From Escherichia phage L14: DNA of 64,000 nt. How positions within the stretch are numbered: position 1 is the first letter of the stretch; each line of letters begins with the position of its first letter. The translations under genes were made by a program, and so were the position numbers. Below the pieces are notes generated by a model. The model was not told the DNA's origin, made no database searches, and was given only the letters and a program-made list of their open reading frames with translations. The DNA is taken from the sequence record OQ992558.1. One strand, written 5' to 3'. Below are positions 22,882 to 32,654 of the stretch, piece after piece.

Positions 22882-23261
22882 TACTTTTTGAAAGTTTTTC
22901 GCAAAAGTTCAATGATTTCATCTACATTGTTTTCGTCAACAATGCAGTGAATTTTTGTTACGCCAGAAACTTTGTCTTTGACTTCATCTTCTTCAGAAGT
23001 CGGTTCTTTATACTCACGAAAACAATGAAATTCGTCTTCACAAACGTTAAAGTAAAAATGCTTTCCATTTGCGCATTCAATGTGTTTTATTACTCTAAAT
23101 CCATCAACAAAGAAAGCTTCTTTAACTTCAAACCATCCGCCATTTTCTTGAATAATTTTAACTATTGCTGAATTAGAACGTGGGCGATAATTAATAAATG
23201 TATCAATAAGTCTTGGAACAAGTTCATACTTTTTGCCGATTTCCATTTTGATTTTCCTCAT
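22881..23261 (-). CDS. hypothetical protein (126 aa)
   Basis: coding-strand ORF. Confidence 0.55.
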   Translation of the reverse strand: MRKIKMEIGKKYELVPRLIDTFINYRPRSNSAIVKIIQENGGWFEVKEAFFVDGFRVIKHIECANGKHFYFNVCEDEFHCFREYKEPTSEEDEVKDKVSGVTKIHCIVDENNVDEIIELLRKTFKK

Positions 23262-23291
23262 TTTAATAGGGGCTTAATAGCCCCTTGATAA

Positions 23292-23519
23292 TTATTGTTC
23301 AATCATTCCCATGTAAAATTCTGTGTCTTCAGCATCCATACCATCACAATATTCATTAGCCATAAAGCGGGTGAGGTCTTCAAGAGGACCTTCAATAACG
23401 ATTTGAATACTCCAAAACTTAGAATCTTGTACGCTTGTGATACTAAGTTCAGGATAACGATTACGAATAATTTCTTCAATATATTCAAAATCAACGATGT
23501 CAATATCAACTTTAGCCAT
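23292..23519 (-). CDS. hypothetical protein (75 aa from MAKVDIDIV)
   Basis: internal ATG with strong AAAGAGGAAA RBS; ORF-track 5-prime extension overlaps the promoter. Confidence 0.5.
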   Translation of the reverse strand: MAKVDIDIVDFEYIEEIIRNRYPELSITSVQDSKFWSIQIVIEGPLEDLTRFMANEYCDGMDAEDTEFYMGMIEQ

Positions 23520-23562
23520 ATTATTTTCCTCTTTAATTATCAGCAGTATTGCCGATAGTTGT

Positions 23563-23592
23563 ATAGTACCATGGAAGGACAAGGATGTAAAC
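23563..23592 (-). promoter_or_regulatory. T4-type early promoter with A/T-rich upstream element
   Basis: minus strand GTTTAC-18nt-TGGTACTAT; conserved flanks shared with elements near 40.25 kb and 43.9 kb. Confidence 0.5.
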
Positions 23593-23620
23593 CGTTTTGT
23601 GAAAAAATTTTTGAAATAAA

Positions 23621-23652
23621 AAAGGGGACCTCTAGGGTCCCCAATTAATTAG
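23621..23652 (-). terminator. rho-independent terminator downstream of gene 32
   Basis: GGGGACC-loop-GGUCCCC stem followed by UUUUUUAUUU on minus strand. Confidence 0.6.
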
Positions 23653-23664
23653 TAATATAATCTA

Positions 23665-24573
23665 TTAAAGGTCATTCAAAAGGTCATCCAGGTCTGTGTC
23701 ATCAGCACTAGATGAACTGCCAGAGCTTGAGCTCATAAAATCATCTTCAGTTTTTGTTTTGAAGTCATCAACATTGAATGCATCCAAATCATCAGCAACT
23801 TTATCAGCTTTCTTAGCGGCAGTTGCAGCGGCACCACCCATTGCAGCAGTTCCCATAACTTGACTGAACTTAGTGCTCAGTTCTTCAAATGATTTGAATT
23901 TATCTTTAGAAGTCATTTCAGAAAGGTCAACCATTTGTTCGAACAGTTCTTTCTGGAAAGATTCATCGTCAATGTTTGGAATCGCAGATTGATTCAGGAA
24001 TTTAGATTCGTCGTAGTTACTAAATCCAGAAACCTGTTTAACTTTCAGTACAAAGTTAGCACCTTCCCACGGACAAGTTACATCAACCGGAGTTTCACCC
24101 ATTTCAACATCAACCGCAATCATCGCGTTGATTTTATCCCAGATTTTCTTACCGAAACGATATTTAAATACTTTACCTTCATTTTCTGGAGCAGCTGGGT
24201 CTTTTACAACAAGAATATTAGCCCAGTAAGAAGTTTTACGTTTAACAAGACTGTACTCTTTATTGTCAGTGTTGTACAGATCATTTTTACTGATGTACTG
24301 ACATACTGGACAAGAATCGTAATCACCGTGGGTAGATGAACAGTTTTCAATATACCATTTACCATTTTTCTTGAAACCGTGATTTACAAGAATTGCGAAT
24401 GGTGCTTGTTCATCATTTTTAGACGGAAGAAAACGAATTACTGCTTGACCGTTACCCGCATTGTCGAGTTTCAGTTTCCACTCGCCTTTATCTTCAGAAG
24501 AAAAACCACCTTTATTTCCAGCCAGTTTAGCCATTTGTGCAGCGAGTTCAGCAGTAGATTTACGTTTAAACAT
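23665..24573 (-). CDS. 32: single-stranded DNA-binding protein
   Basis: 302 aa, recognised as T4 gp32 including the acidic Ser/Asp-rich C-terminal tail. Confidence 0.95.
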   Translation of the reverse strand: MFKRKSTAELAAQMAKLAGNKGGFSSEDKGEWKLKLDNAGNGQAVIRFLPSKNDEQAPFAILVNHGFKKNGKWYIENCSSTHGDYDSCPVCQYISKNDLYNTDNKEYSLVKRKTSYWANILVVKDPAAPENEGKVFKYRFGKKIWDKINAMIAVDVEMGETPVDVTCPWEGANFVLKVKQVSGFSNYDESKFLNQSAIPNIDDESFQKELFEQMVDLSEMTSKDKFKSFEELSTKFSQVMGTAAMGGAAATAAKKADKVADDLDAFNVDDFKTKTEDDFMSSSSGSSSSADDTDLDDLLNDL

Positions 24574-24660
24574 TTTTATTTCCTTTTTTAATTTAATTAA
24601 CAGTTGGTGCTATGACGATGTATGACCTCATAGCTGGTCAGTGAGATAATTATAATCTAT
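24574..24660 (-). promoter_or_regulatory. gene 32 translational operator (5-prime leader pseudoknot plus A/U-rich tract)
   Basis: leader contains GCUAUGAGGUCAUACAUCGUCAUAGCACC then UUAAUUAAAUUAAAAAAGGAAAUAAAA-AUG, matching my memory of the T4 autoregulatory site. Confidence 0.6.
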
Positions 24661-24673
24661 TTATAATAAGCAA

Positions 24674-25327
24674 TTAATACTTGCAAGATTTCACAGTTTC
24701 AATGAAAACATTTTTAGCTTTCTGTGAATCAATATTTAAAATTTTTCTATAAGCCTTTAACTTTATAGAATAATTATTCCAGACTAAATTATCAGTCTGT
24801 TCATCGTGTTTATCAATTATATTTAAAAACGAATCAAGCAAGATAAACGTTTCAAACGAAATTATATTCGATTGAAGTAGTTTAAAAATATAACTTGATT
24901 GAACTTTTGGATTATACTCAAAGATTTCTTTAAAAGCAGAAACTTCAACTTTTTTACTAAAATAGTAAATATTGCGAATATCTTCTTCAAACTTAAATTT
25001 AATTTGCTTTAAGCGTCCGATATATTCACGATAAAACACAAGTGCATCAGCGTCAGAGATGTCGCCAATCCAAGCATCCTGGTTAGCAACAAGATTGCTT
25101 ATAAAGATTAAAGCAAGTTCCTTTAATTTATATTTTTCTGATAACTTCTGGAAAAAATACTTATCCCTTCGCTTTTGATAAGCGGCATCAGACACCCGCA
25201 TGCACCAATTATACTTAATAACATCATACTTTCCATTCATATGCTGTTTTATCATTAAGTATAATTTATAAACTGATTTACCATCAATGTATCTTTCACC
25301 ACCAGCAGGCATGCGGAGTTTAATCAT
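24674..25327 (-). CDS. 59: helicase loader
   Basis: 217 aa, recognised as T4 gp59. Confidence 0.9.
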   Translation of the reverse strand: MIKLRMPAGGERYIDGKSVYKLYLMIKQHMNGKYDVIKYNWCMRVSDAAYQKRRDKYFFQKLSEKYKLKELALIFISNLVANQDAWIGDISDADALVFYREYIGRLKQIKFKFEEDIRNIYYFSKKVEVSAFKEIFEYNPKVQSSYIFKLLQSNIISFETFILLDSFLNIIDKHDEQTDNLVWNNYSIKLKAYRKILNIDSQKAKNVFIETVKSCKY

Positions 25328-25662
25328 AGTAGAAAATCTAATGTATTAGTTTTTTCACAACGAACAACAGAAGGACGTAAAAGATTTTCGTCAATGGCTT
25401 CTGACTGAATTTTTTCAATTATACCCGAAGGAATAAATTTAGCAAATTGAGTTTCAGGAATAGAGTTTTCTTCCAAGAATGCTGTCGTAGCTTCAAGATA
25501 ACTCATTCCAAACTCTTCTACCATTTTTTCAATAATAAATCCATTTTCTTGGCGGTCAAGAAGCTTTGCAATTTCATCCTTTTCTTTCTTGATTGAAAGT
25601 TCTTTTTCTGAAAGCCCGGTCTCATCAACCGGACGAATATCATTTAGAGAAAACTGTGTCAT
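25324..25662 (-). CDS. 33: late transcription co-activator
   Basis: 112 aa from ATG at 25662 (MTQFSLNDIRP...). Confidence 0.85.
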   Translation of the reverse strand: MTQFSLNDIRPVDETGLSEKELSIKKEKDEIAKLLDRQENGFIIEKMVEEFGMSYLEATTAFLEENSIPETQFAKFIPSGIIEKIQSEAIDENLLRPSVVRCEKTNTLDFLL

Positions 25663-25909
25663 AAAGTTCAACTACCTCTTCAGTTTCAGCTTCAAACACA
25701 TCACGGTTATCTTTATGATACAAAGCTAATAGACGATTAAACATCTTACCATCAACGCCAAGTTCATCTTTGGCACGAATTCGAATATCTTTAATCAATT
25801 CATTATAACCGGAAATTTTCAGTTTATGATCAGATGCTTCTTTAATAAATTTAGCCAAGTCTTCGCCATGGATAGCTTCATCAAATTCAACCATTTCTTT
25901 TTTAGCCAT
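25640..25909 (-). CDS. dsbA: double-stranded DNA-binding protein DsbA
   Basis: 89 aa, recognised as T4 DsbA. Confidence 0.85.
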   Translation of the reverse strand: MAKKEMVEFDEAIHGEDLAKFIKEASDHKLKISGYNELIKDIRIRAKDELGVDGKMFNRLLALYHKDNRDVFEAETEEVVELYDTVFSK

Positions 25910-25917
25910 TATTCACC

Positions 25918-26835
25918 TCAAAATTCATTAATGCTATTAGTTAATTTAGAAAGACCCGCTTTTACAAAATATGAATAAATTTTGCCACGCGGTGGTAATT
26001 TATATGAATTATAGTAATTCACAATGTTTGAAGCAATATTATCAGGAATATAATCAAAATCAATTAGAACTAAATTTTCTTTATAACGATTATATTCAGA
26101 TTCTGTGAGAAGCACCTTAGCTTGCTCACGGTCATTAGCAATAGCTTCAACGATTGAAGTTTTCATTGAAGGAGTCCGTTCACCTTCAACTCTGGTAAAC
26201 CAAAAGTCAGAACGTACTTTAACTGAAGCAACGTTATCCTTTTTGTCACCCTTAAGAATTTTAGTCATACAATCAATTTCAGCAGAACCGCTTTTAATTT
26301 TAACCCATTTCTTGTGCATCGGTGACCATTGCTTAACATTTGGATATTTGTGAAGTTGAGTAAAGTCACCGTCCGATGAAATGATTAAAATCTTATGTCC
26401 TTCTAAAGAGAACTTTTTAACAAGAACAGCAATGTGGTCATCTGCTTCATACTTATCAATATCCATAACAATGTATGGCATATAAGCTTTCAATTCATCT
26501 ATAACTTTATGGCTGGATTCAAAATAACCTTCCCAGTCCCAAGTAGATTCTTCTCGTGCTTTTCCACGGTTTTTCTTATAATAATAAGCGAAATCACGGC
26601 GCCAGTATCCAGATTTCGCGTTATCAATACACAGCACAATTTTAGTGTATCCAAGCGTTTTTGCTTTTTTGACATTAAACTTAATTGAGTTCAATATCAA
26701 ATGACGAACCATTGATAAATTAATTTTTTCTTTATCTGGGAAGTTTACCAGAGCAGTTGAAAGAGCAATTTGACTAAAGTCAATAAAGCAAATTCCTTCT
26801 TTGTAATCTTCATCCAGCATCATTTCTAAATCCAT
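25918..26835 (-). CDS. rnh: RNase H (5-prime to 3-prime exonuclease, FEN family)
   Basis: 305 aa from ATG at 26835 (MDLEMMLDEDYKEG...) with GAGG RBS; ORF-track start is a TTG extension. Confidence 0.9.
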   Translation of the reverse strand: MDLEMMLDEDYKEGICFIDFSQIALSTALVNFPDKEKINLSMVRHLILNSIKFNVKKAKTLGYTKIVLCIDNAKSGYWRRDFAYYYKKNRGKAREESTWDWEGYFESSHKVIDELKAYMPYIVMDIDKYEADDHIAVLVKKFSLEGHKILIISSDGDFTQLHKYPNVKQWSPMHKKWVKIKSGSAEIDCMTKILKGDKKDNVASVKVRSDFWFTRVEGERTPSMKTSIVEAIANDREQAKVLLTESEYNRYKENLVLIDFDYIPDNIASNIVNYYNSYKLPPRGKIYSYFVKAGLSKLTNSINEF

Positions 26836-26897
26836 ATGAACCTCGTTCAATTAGTGAGATTTCTATTATATACTATCCAAATCTTAAAGTAAACAAG

Positions 26898-26905
26898 TAT
26901 AAATA
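26898..26905 (+). promoter_or_regulatory. T4-type late promoter for gene 34
   Basis: exact TATAAATA about 35 nt upstream of gene 34 ATG. Confidence 0.6.
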
Positions 26906-26939
26906 CTTATTATTGAAAACACAATAGGAGCCCGGGAGA

Positions 26940-29900
26940 ATGGCCGAGATTAAAAGAAAGTTCAGAGCAGAAGATGGTCTGGACGCAGGTGGCGATAAAA
27001 TAATCAACGTAGCTTTAGCTGATCGTACCGTAGGAACTGACGGTGTTAACGTTGATTACTTAATTCAAGAAAACACAGTTCAACAATATGATCCAACTCG
27101 TGGATATTTAAAAGATTTTGTAATCATTTATAATAATCGTTTTTGGGCAGCAACGGATAATATTCCAAAACCTGCTGGAAATTTTAATAGAATTCGTTGG
27201 AAAGCATTACGTACTGATGCTGTATATACAACCGTATCATCTGGACCATATCAATTAAAATCCGGAGAAGCAATTTCAGTAGATACATCAGTTGGCAATG
27301 ACATTGAGTTTACTTTACCACCTTCTCCGCTTGATGGAGAAACCGTAATAATTCAAGATATCGGTGGAAAACCTGGCATAAATCAGGTTAAAATAAATTC
27401 TTCAAATCAGAGTATTGTCAATTTTAGAGGTGAACAGGTACGTTCAGTTTTAATGACTCATCCAAAGTCACAGATGGTATTCATTTTTAATAACCGTTTG
27501 TGGCAAATGTATATTGCTGATTATAGCAGAGAAGCTGCGATTGTTACTCCATCGACTGCATATCAAGCACAATCTAATGATTTTATCGTGCGTAGATTTA
27601 CTTCCGCTGCGCCGATTAATATTAAACTTCCAAGATTTGCCAATCATGGAGATATCATTAATTTCGTTGATTTAGATAAATTAAATCCACTTTATCATAC
27701 AATTGTTACGACATATGATGAAACGACGTCAGTGCAAGAAGTTGGAACTCATTCCATTGAAGGCCGTACATCGATTGACGGTTTCTTGATGTTTGACGAT
27801 AATGAGAAATTGTGGAGATTGTTTGACGGGGATAGTAAAGCACGTTTACGCATTATAACAACTAATTCAAATATTCGTCCAAATGAAGAAGTCATGGTAT
27901 TTGGTGCGAATAACGGAACAACCCAAACAATTGAACTTCAGCTTCCGACTGATATTTCTGTTGGTGATACTGTTAAAATTTCCATGAATTACATGAGAAA
28001 AGGACAAACAGTTAAAATCAAAGCTGCTGGTGAAGATAAAATTGCTTCTTCAGTTCAATTGCTGCAATTCCCAAAACGTTCAGAATATCCGCCTGAAGCT
28101 GAATGGGTAACAGTTCAAGAATTAGTTTTTAATGGTGAAACTAATTATGTACCAGTTTTACAGCTTGCTTATATCGAAGATTCTGATGGAAAATACTGGG
28201 TTGTACAGCAAAACGTTCCAACAGTTGAAAGAGTCGATTCTTTAAATAATTCTACTAGAGCAAGATTAGGCGTAATTGCTTTAGCTACACAAGCTCAAGC
28301 AAATGCTGATTTAGAAAATTCTCCACAAAAAGAATTAGCAATTACTCCAGAAACGTTAGCTAATCGTACTGCTACTGAAACTCGCAGAGGTATTGCAAGA
28401 ATAGCAACTACTGCTCAAGTAAATCAGAACACCACATTCTCTTTTGCAGATGACATTATCATCACTCCTAAAAAGCTGAATGAAAGAACTGCTACAGAAA
28501 CTCGTAGAGGTGTTGCTGAAATTGCTACGCAGCAAGAAACTAATACAGGTACTGATGATACTACAATCATCACTCCTAAAAAGCTTCAAGCTCGTCAAGG
28601 TTCTGAATCATTATCTGGTATTGTAACTTTTGTATCTACTGCAGGAGCTACTCCAGCTTCTAGTCGTGAATTAAATGGTACGAATGTTTATAATAAAAAC
28701 ACTAATAATTTAGTTGTTTCACCTAAAGCTTTGGATCAGTATAAAGCTACTCCAACGCAACAAGGCGCAGTAATTTTAGCAGTTGAAAGTGAAGTAATTG
28801 CTGGACAAAGCCAAGAAGGATGGGCAAATGCGGTTGTAACACCAGAAACGTTACATAAAAAGACATCAACTGATGGAAGAATTGGTTTAATTGAAATTGC
28901 TACGCAAAGCGAAGTTAATACAGGAACTGATTATACTCGCGCAGTCACTCCTAAAACTTTAAATGACCGTAGAGCAACTGAAAGTTTAAGTGGTATAGCT
29001 GAAATTGCTACGCAAGTTGAATTCGACGCAGGCGTCGACGATACTCGTATCTCTACACCATTAAAAATTAAAACCAGATTTAATAGTACTGATCGTACTT
29101 CTGTTGTTGCTCTATCTGGATTAGTTGAATCAGGAACTCTCTGGGACCATTATACCCTTAATATTCTTGAAGCAAATGAGACACAGCGTGGTACACTTCG
29201 TGTAGCTACACAAGTTGAAGCTGCTGCAGGAACATTGGATAATGTTCTAATAACTCCTAAAAAGCTTTTAGGTACTAAATCTACTGAAGCACAGGAAGGC
29301 GTTATTAAAGTTGCAACTCGGTCTGAAACTGTAGCTGGAACGTCAGCAAATACTGCTGTATCTCCAAAAAATTTAAAATGGATTGTGCAGAGTGAACCTA
29401 CTTGGGCAGCGACTACTGCGATAAGAGGTTTTGTTAAAACTTCGTCTGGTTCAATTACATTCGTTGGTAATGATACAGCTGGTTCAACACAGCCATTAGA
29501 ATCATATGAGAAAAATGGTTATGCAGTATCACCATATGAATTAAATCGCGTATTAGCAAATTATTTGCCATTAAAAGCAAAAGCCGTAGATAGTAATTTA
29601 TTAGATGGTCTAGATTCGCTCCAGTTCATTCGTAGGGACATTGCACAAACAGTTAATGGTTCACTAACCTTAACCCAACAAACGAATCTGGGTGCCCCTC
29701 TTGTATCATCTAGTACTGCTACATTCGGTGGATCAGTTTCAGCAAATAGTACATTAACTATTTCTAATACTGGAACGGCAACTCGTCTGATTTTTGAGAA
29801 AGGACCTCAAACTGGAACAAACCCGGCTCAAACGATGACAGTCAGAGTGTGGGGAAATCAATTTAGCGGGGAATCAGACACAACACGTTCTACCGTATTT

Positions 29901-30809
29901 GAAGTTAGTGATGAAACGTCTAGTCATTTTTATTCTCAGCGTAATAAAGCTGGAAATATAACATTTAATATCAACGGTACAGTAACACCGATAAATGTTA
30001 ATGCTTCAGGAACATTGAATGCAAATGGTGTAGCAACATTTGGTAATTCAGTCACTGCAACTGGTGAAATTATTTCTCGAAGCGCAAATGCTTTCCGTGC
30101 TATTAGCGGAAATTATGGTTTCATTGTTCGCAATGACGGGTCAGTAACGAATTTTATGCTTACTGCATCGGGTGATCAGACTGGTGGATTTAATGGATTA
30201 CGTCCATTGTCCATTAATAATCAATCTGGGCAGGTCACAATTGGTGAAAGCTTGATCATTGCTAAAGGTGCTACTATAAATTCAGGTGGTTTAACTGTTA
30301 ACTCGAGAATTCGTTCTCAGGGCACTAAAACATCTGATTTATACACCCGCGCTCCAACATCTGATACTGTAGGATTCTGGTCAATTGATATTAACGATTC
30401 AGCCACTTATAACCAGTTCCCGGGTTATTTTAAAATGGTTGAAAAAACTAATGAAGTGACTGGGCTTCCATACTTAGAACGTGGCGAAGAAGTTAAATCT
30501 CCTGGTACATTGACTCAGTTTGGTAACACACTTGATTCACTTTACCAAGATTGGATTACTTATCCAACGACCCCAGAAGCACGTACCACTCGCTGGACAC
30601 GTACATGGCAAAAAACTAAAAACTCTTGGTCAAGTTTTGTTCAGGTATTTGATGGAGGTAACCCTCCTCAACCTTCGGATATAGGAGCAATTCCATCTGA
30701 TAATGGAATAATAGGTAATCTTACTATTCGTGATTTCTTACGAATTGGTAATGTTCGCATTATTCCTGACCCAGTGAATAAAACTGTTAAATTTGAATGG
30801 GTTGAATAA
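26940..30809 (+). CDS. 34: long tail fibre proximal subunit
   Basis: 1289 aa, recognised as T4 gp34; internal fibrous repeats. Confidence 0.95.
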   Translation: MAEIKRKFRAEDGLDAGGDKIINVALADRTVGTDGVNVDYLIQENTVQQYDPTRGYLKDFVIIYNNRFWAATDNIPKPAGNFNRIRWKALRTDAVYTTVSSGPYQLKSGEAISVDTSVGNDIEFTLPPSPLDGETVIIQDIGGKPGINQVKINSSNQSIVNFRGEQVRSVLMTHPKSQMVFIFNNRLWQMYIADYSREAAIVTPSTAYQAQSNDFIVRRFTSAAPINIKLPRFANHGDIINFVDLDKLNPLYHTIVTTYDETTSVQEVGTHSIEGRTSIDGFLMFDDNEKLWRLFDGDSKARLRIITTNSNIRPNEEVMVFGANNGTTQTIELQLPTDISVGDTVKISMNYMRKGQTVKIKAAGEDKIASSVQLLQFPKRSEYPPEAEWVTVQELVFNGETNYVPVLQLAYIEDSDGKYWVVQQNVPTVERVDSLNNSTRARLGVIALATQAQANADLENSPQKELAITPETLANRTATETRRGIARIATTAQVNQNTTFSFADDIIITPKKLNERTATETRRGVAEIATQQETNTGTDDTTIITPKKLQARQGSESLSGIVTFVSTAGATPASSRELNGTNVYNKNTNNLVVSPKALDQYKATPTQQGAVILAVESEVIAGQSQEGWANAVVTPETLHKKTSTDGRIGLIEIATQSEVNTGTDYTRAVTPKTLNDRRATESLSGIAEIATQVEFDAGVDDTRISTPLKIKTRFNSTDRTSVVALSGLVESGTLWDHYTLNILEANETQRGTLRVATQVEAAAGTLDNVLITPKKLLGTKSTEAQEGVIKVATRSETVAGTSANTAVSPKNLKWIVQSEPTWAATTAIRGFVKTSSGSITFVGNDTAGSTQPLESYEKNGYAVSPYELNRVLANYLPLKAKAVDSNLLDGLDSLQFIRRDIAQTVNGSLTLTQQTNLGAPLVSSSTATFGGSVSANSTLTISNTGTATRLIFEKGPQTGTNPAQTMTVRVWGNQFSGESDTTRSTVFEVSDETSSHFYSQRNKAGNITFNINGTVTPINVNASGTLNANGVATFGNSVTATGEIISRSANAFRAISGNYGFIVRNDGSVTNFMLTASGDQTGGFNGLRPLSINNQSGQVTIGESLIIAKGATINSGGLTVNSRIRSQGTKTSDLYTRAPTSDTVGFWSIDINDSATYNQFPGYFKMVEKTNEVTGLPYLERGEEVKSPGTLTQFGNTLDSLYQDWITYPTTPEARTTRWTRTWQKTKNSWSSFVQVFDGGNPPQPSDIGAIPSDNGIIGNLTIRDFLRIGNVRIIPDPVNKTVKFEWVE
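28350..29430 (+). repeat. internal tandem-like fibre repeats within gp34 (about 6 copies of a roughly 40-aa unit)
   Basis: recurring pattern TE(T/S)R(R)G(I/V)A(E/R)IAT..E.N.GTDDT.IITPKKL visible in the translation. Confidence 0.5.
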
Positions 30810-30817
30810 GAGGTATT

Positions 30818-31933
30818 ATGGAAAAATTTATGGCAGAGTTTGGACAAGGATATGTCCAAACGCCATTTTTATCGGAAAGCAATTCAGTAAGATATAAAAT
30901 AAGCATAGCGGGCTCTTGCCCGCTTTCTACTGCAGGGCCATATGTTAAATTTCAGGATAATCCCGTTGGAAATCAAACATTTAGTGCAGGTCTTCATTTA
31001 AGAGTTTTTGACCCTTCTACGGGAGCATTAGTTGATAGCAAGTCATATGCTTTTTCTGCTTCAAACAATACAACATCTGCCGCTTTTGTCAGTTTCATGA
31101 ATTCTTTGTCAAACAATAGACTTGTTGCTATATTAACTAGCGGAAAGGTTAATTTTCCTCCTGAAGTGGTATCTTGGTTAAGGGGAGCAGGAACTTCAGT
31201 TTTTCCATCAGATTCAGTATTGTCAAGATTTGACGTGTCATATGCTGCTTTTTATACTTCTTCTAAAAGAGCTATTGCATTAGAGCATGTTAAACTAAGT
31301 AATAGAAAAAGCACAGATGATTATCAAACTATTTTAGATGTTGTATTTGATAGTTTAGAAGACGTCGGAGCTACAGGATTTCCTAAAAGAACATATGAAA
31401 GTGTAGAGCAATTCATGTCAGCAGTTGGTGGAACTAATAACGAAATTGCGCGATTGCCAACTTCAGCTGCTATAAGTAAACTTTCTGACTACAATTTAAT
31501 TCCTGGTGATGTTCTTTATCTTAAAGCACAACTATATGCTGATGCTGATTTACTTGATCTTGGAACTACAAATATATCTATTCGTTTTTATGATGCATCA
31601 AATGGATATATTTCCTCGACCCAAGCTGAGTTTACTGGGCAAGCTGGGTCTTGGGAATTAAAAGAAGATTATGTAGTTGTTCCTGAAAATGCAGTAGGAT
31701 TTACGATATATGCACAAAGAACTGCTCAAGCAGGTCAAGGCGGCATGAGAAATTTAAGTTTTTCTGAAGTATCAAGAAATGGCGGCATTTCAAAACCTGC
31801 CGAATTTGGCGTCAACGGTATTCGCGTTAATTATGTCTGTGAATCGGCTTCACCTCCAGATATAATGGTACTTCCTACACAAGCCTCTTCTAAAACTGGC
31901 AAAGTGTTTGGACAGGAATTTAGAGAAGTTTAA
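30818..31933 (+). CDS. 35: long tail fibre hinge connector
   Basis: 371 aa, position and size match T4 gp35. Confidence 0.88.
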   Translation: MEKFMAEFGQGYVQTPFLSESNSVRYKISIAGSCPLSTAGPYVKFQDNPVGNQTFSAGLHLRVFDPSTGALVDSKSYAFSASNNTTSAAFVSFMNSLSNNRLVAILTSGKVNFPPEVVSWLRGAGTSVFPSDSVLSRFDVSYAAFYTSSKRAIALEHVKLSNRKSTDDYQTILDVVFDSLEDVGATGFPKRTYESVEQFMSAVGGTNNEIARLPTSAAISKLSDYNLIPGDVLYLKAQLYADADLLDLGTTNISIRFYDASNGYISSTQAEFTGQAGSWELKEDYVVVPENAVGFTIYAQRTAQAGQGGMRNLSFSEVSRNGGISKPAEFGVNGIRVNYVCESASPPDIMVLPTQASSKTGKVFGQEFREV

Positions 31934-31938
31934 ACTGA

Positions 31939-31965
31939 GGGAGCCTTCGGGTTCCCTTTTTCTTT
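31939..31965 (+). terminator. stem-loop with UUCG tetraloop and U-run after gene 35
   Basis: GGGAGCC-UUCG-GGUUCCC followed by UUUUUCUUU. Confidence 0.55.
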
Positions 31966-31972
31966 ATAAATA
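31965..31972 (+). promoter_or_regulatory. T4-type late promoter for gene 36
   Basis: exact TATAAATA about 24 nt upstream of gene 36 ATG. Confidence 0.6.
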
Positions 31973-31995
31973 ATATTAAAATAAAGGGGCATATA

Positions 31996-32646
31996 ATGGC
32001 TGATTTAAAAGTAGGTTCAACTGTAGGTGGATCTGTCATTTGGCATCAAGGAAATTTTCCATTGAATTCAGCCGGTGACGATGTACTCTACAAATCATTT
32101 AAAATATATTCAGAATATAATAAACCACAGGCAGCTGATAACGATTTCGTTTCTAAAGCTAATGGTGGTACTTACACCGGTCCAATTACTATTAATTACG
32201 GGGTAAATAGTTATCTTCAATTAAGTAATAATGAAACCCCCATTCGAATTCGTTCTGGTGGCGGTACCGGTAATACTCTTGTAGTTGGCGGCTCTTCCGG
32301 CGGTATTAGTTTTAGACCTGCAGGTAGTGAAATCACTACTGGACAAATTACTATTACACCAGAAGGTTTGACAACATTTACCAGGGCTGTAACGGCTCCA
32401 TCGGTAACTGTTACATCTACTCCTTCCGCAGCATCTGATGTTACTCGCAAAGATTATGTTGATGGAGCAATAAATACTGTTACAGCAAATGCAAACTCTA
32501 GGGTATTACGCTCTGGAGACACTATGACAGGAAATTTAACTGCGCCAAACCTTTTTTCACAGAATCCTGCATCTCAACCTTCACACGTTCCACGATTTGA
32601 CCAAATCGTAATTAAGGATTCTGTTCAAGATTTCGGCTATTATTAA
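31996..32646 (+). CDS. 36: long tail fibre distal connector
   Basis: 216 aa, position and size match T4 gp36. Confidence 0.88.
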   Translation: MADLKVGSTVGGSVIWHQGNFPLNSAGDDVLYKSFKIYSEYNKPQAADNDFVSKANGGTYTGPITINYGVNSYLQLSNNETPIRIRSGGGTGNTLVVGGSSGGISFRPAGSEITTGQITITPEGLTTFTRAVTAPSVTVTSTPSAASDVTRKDYVDGAINTVTANANSRVLRSGDTMTGNLTAPNLFSQNPASQPSHVPRFDQIVIKDSVQDFGYY

Positions 32647-32654
32647 GAGGACTT

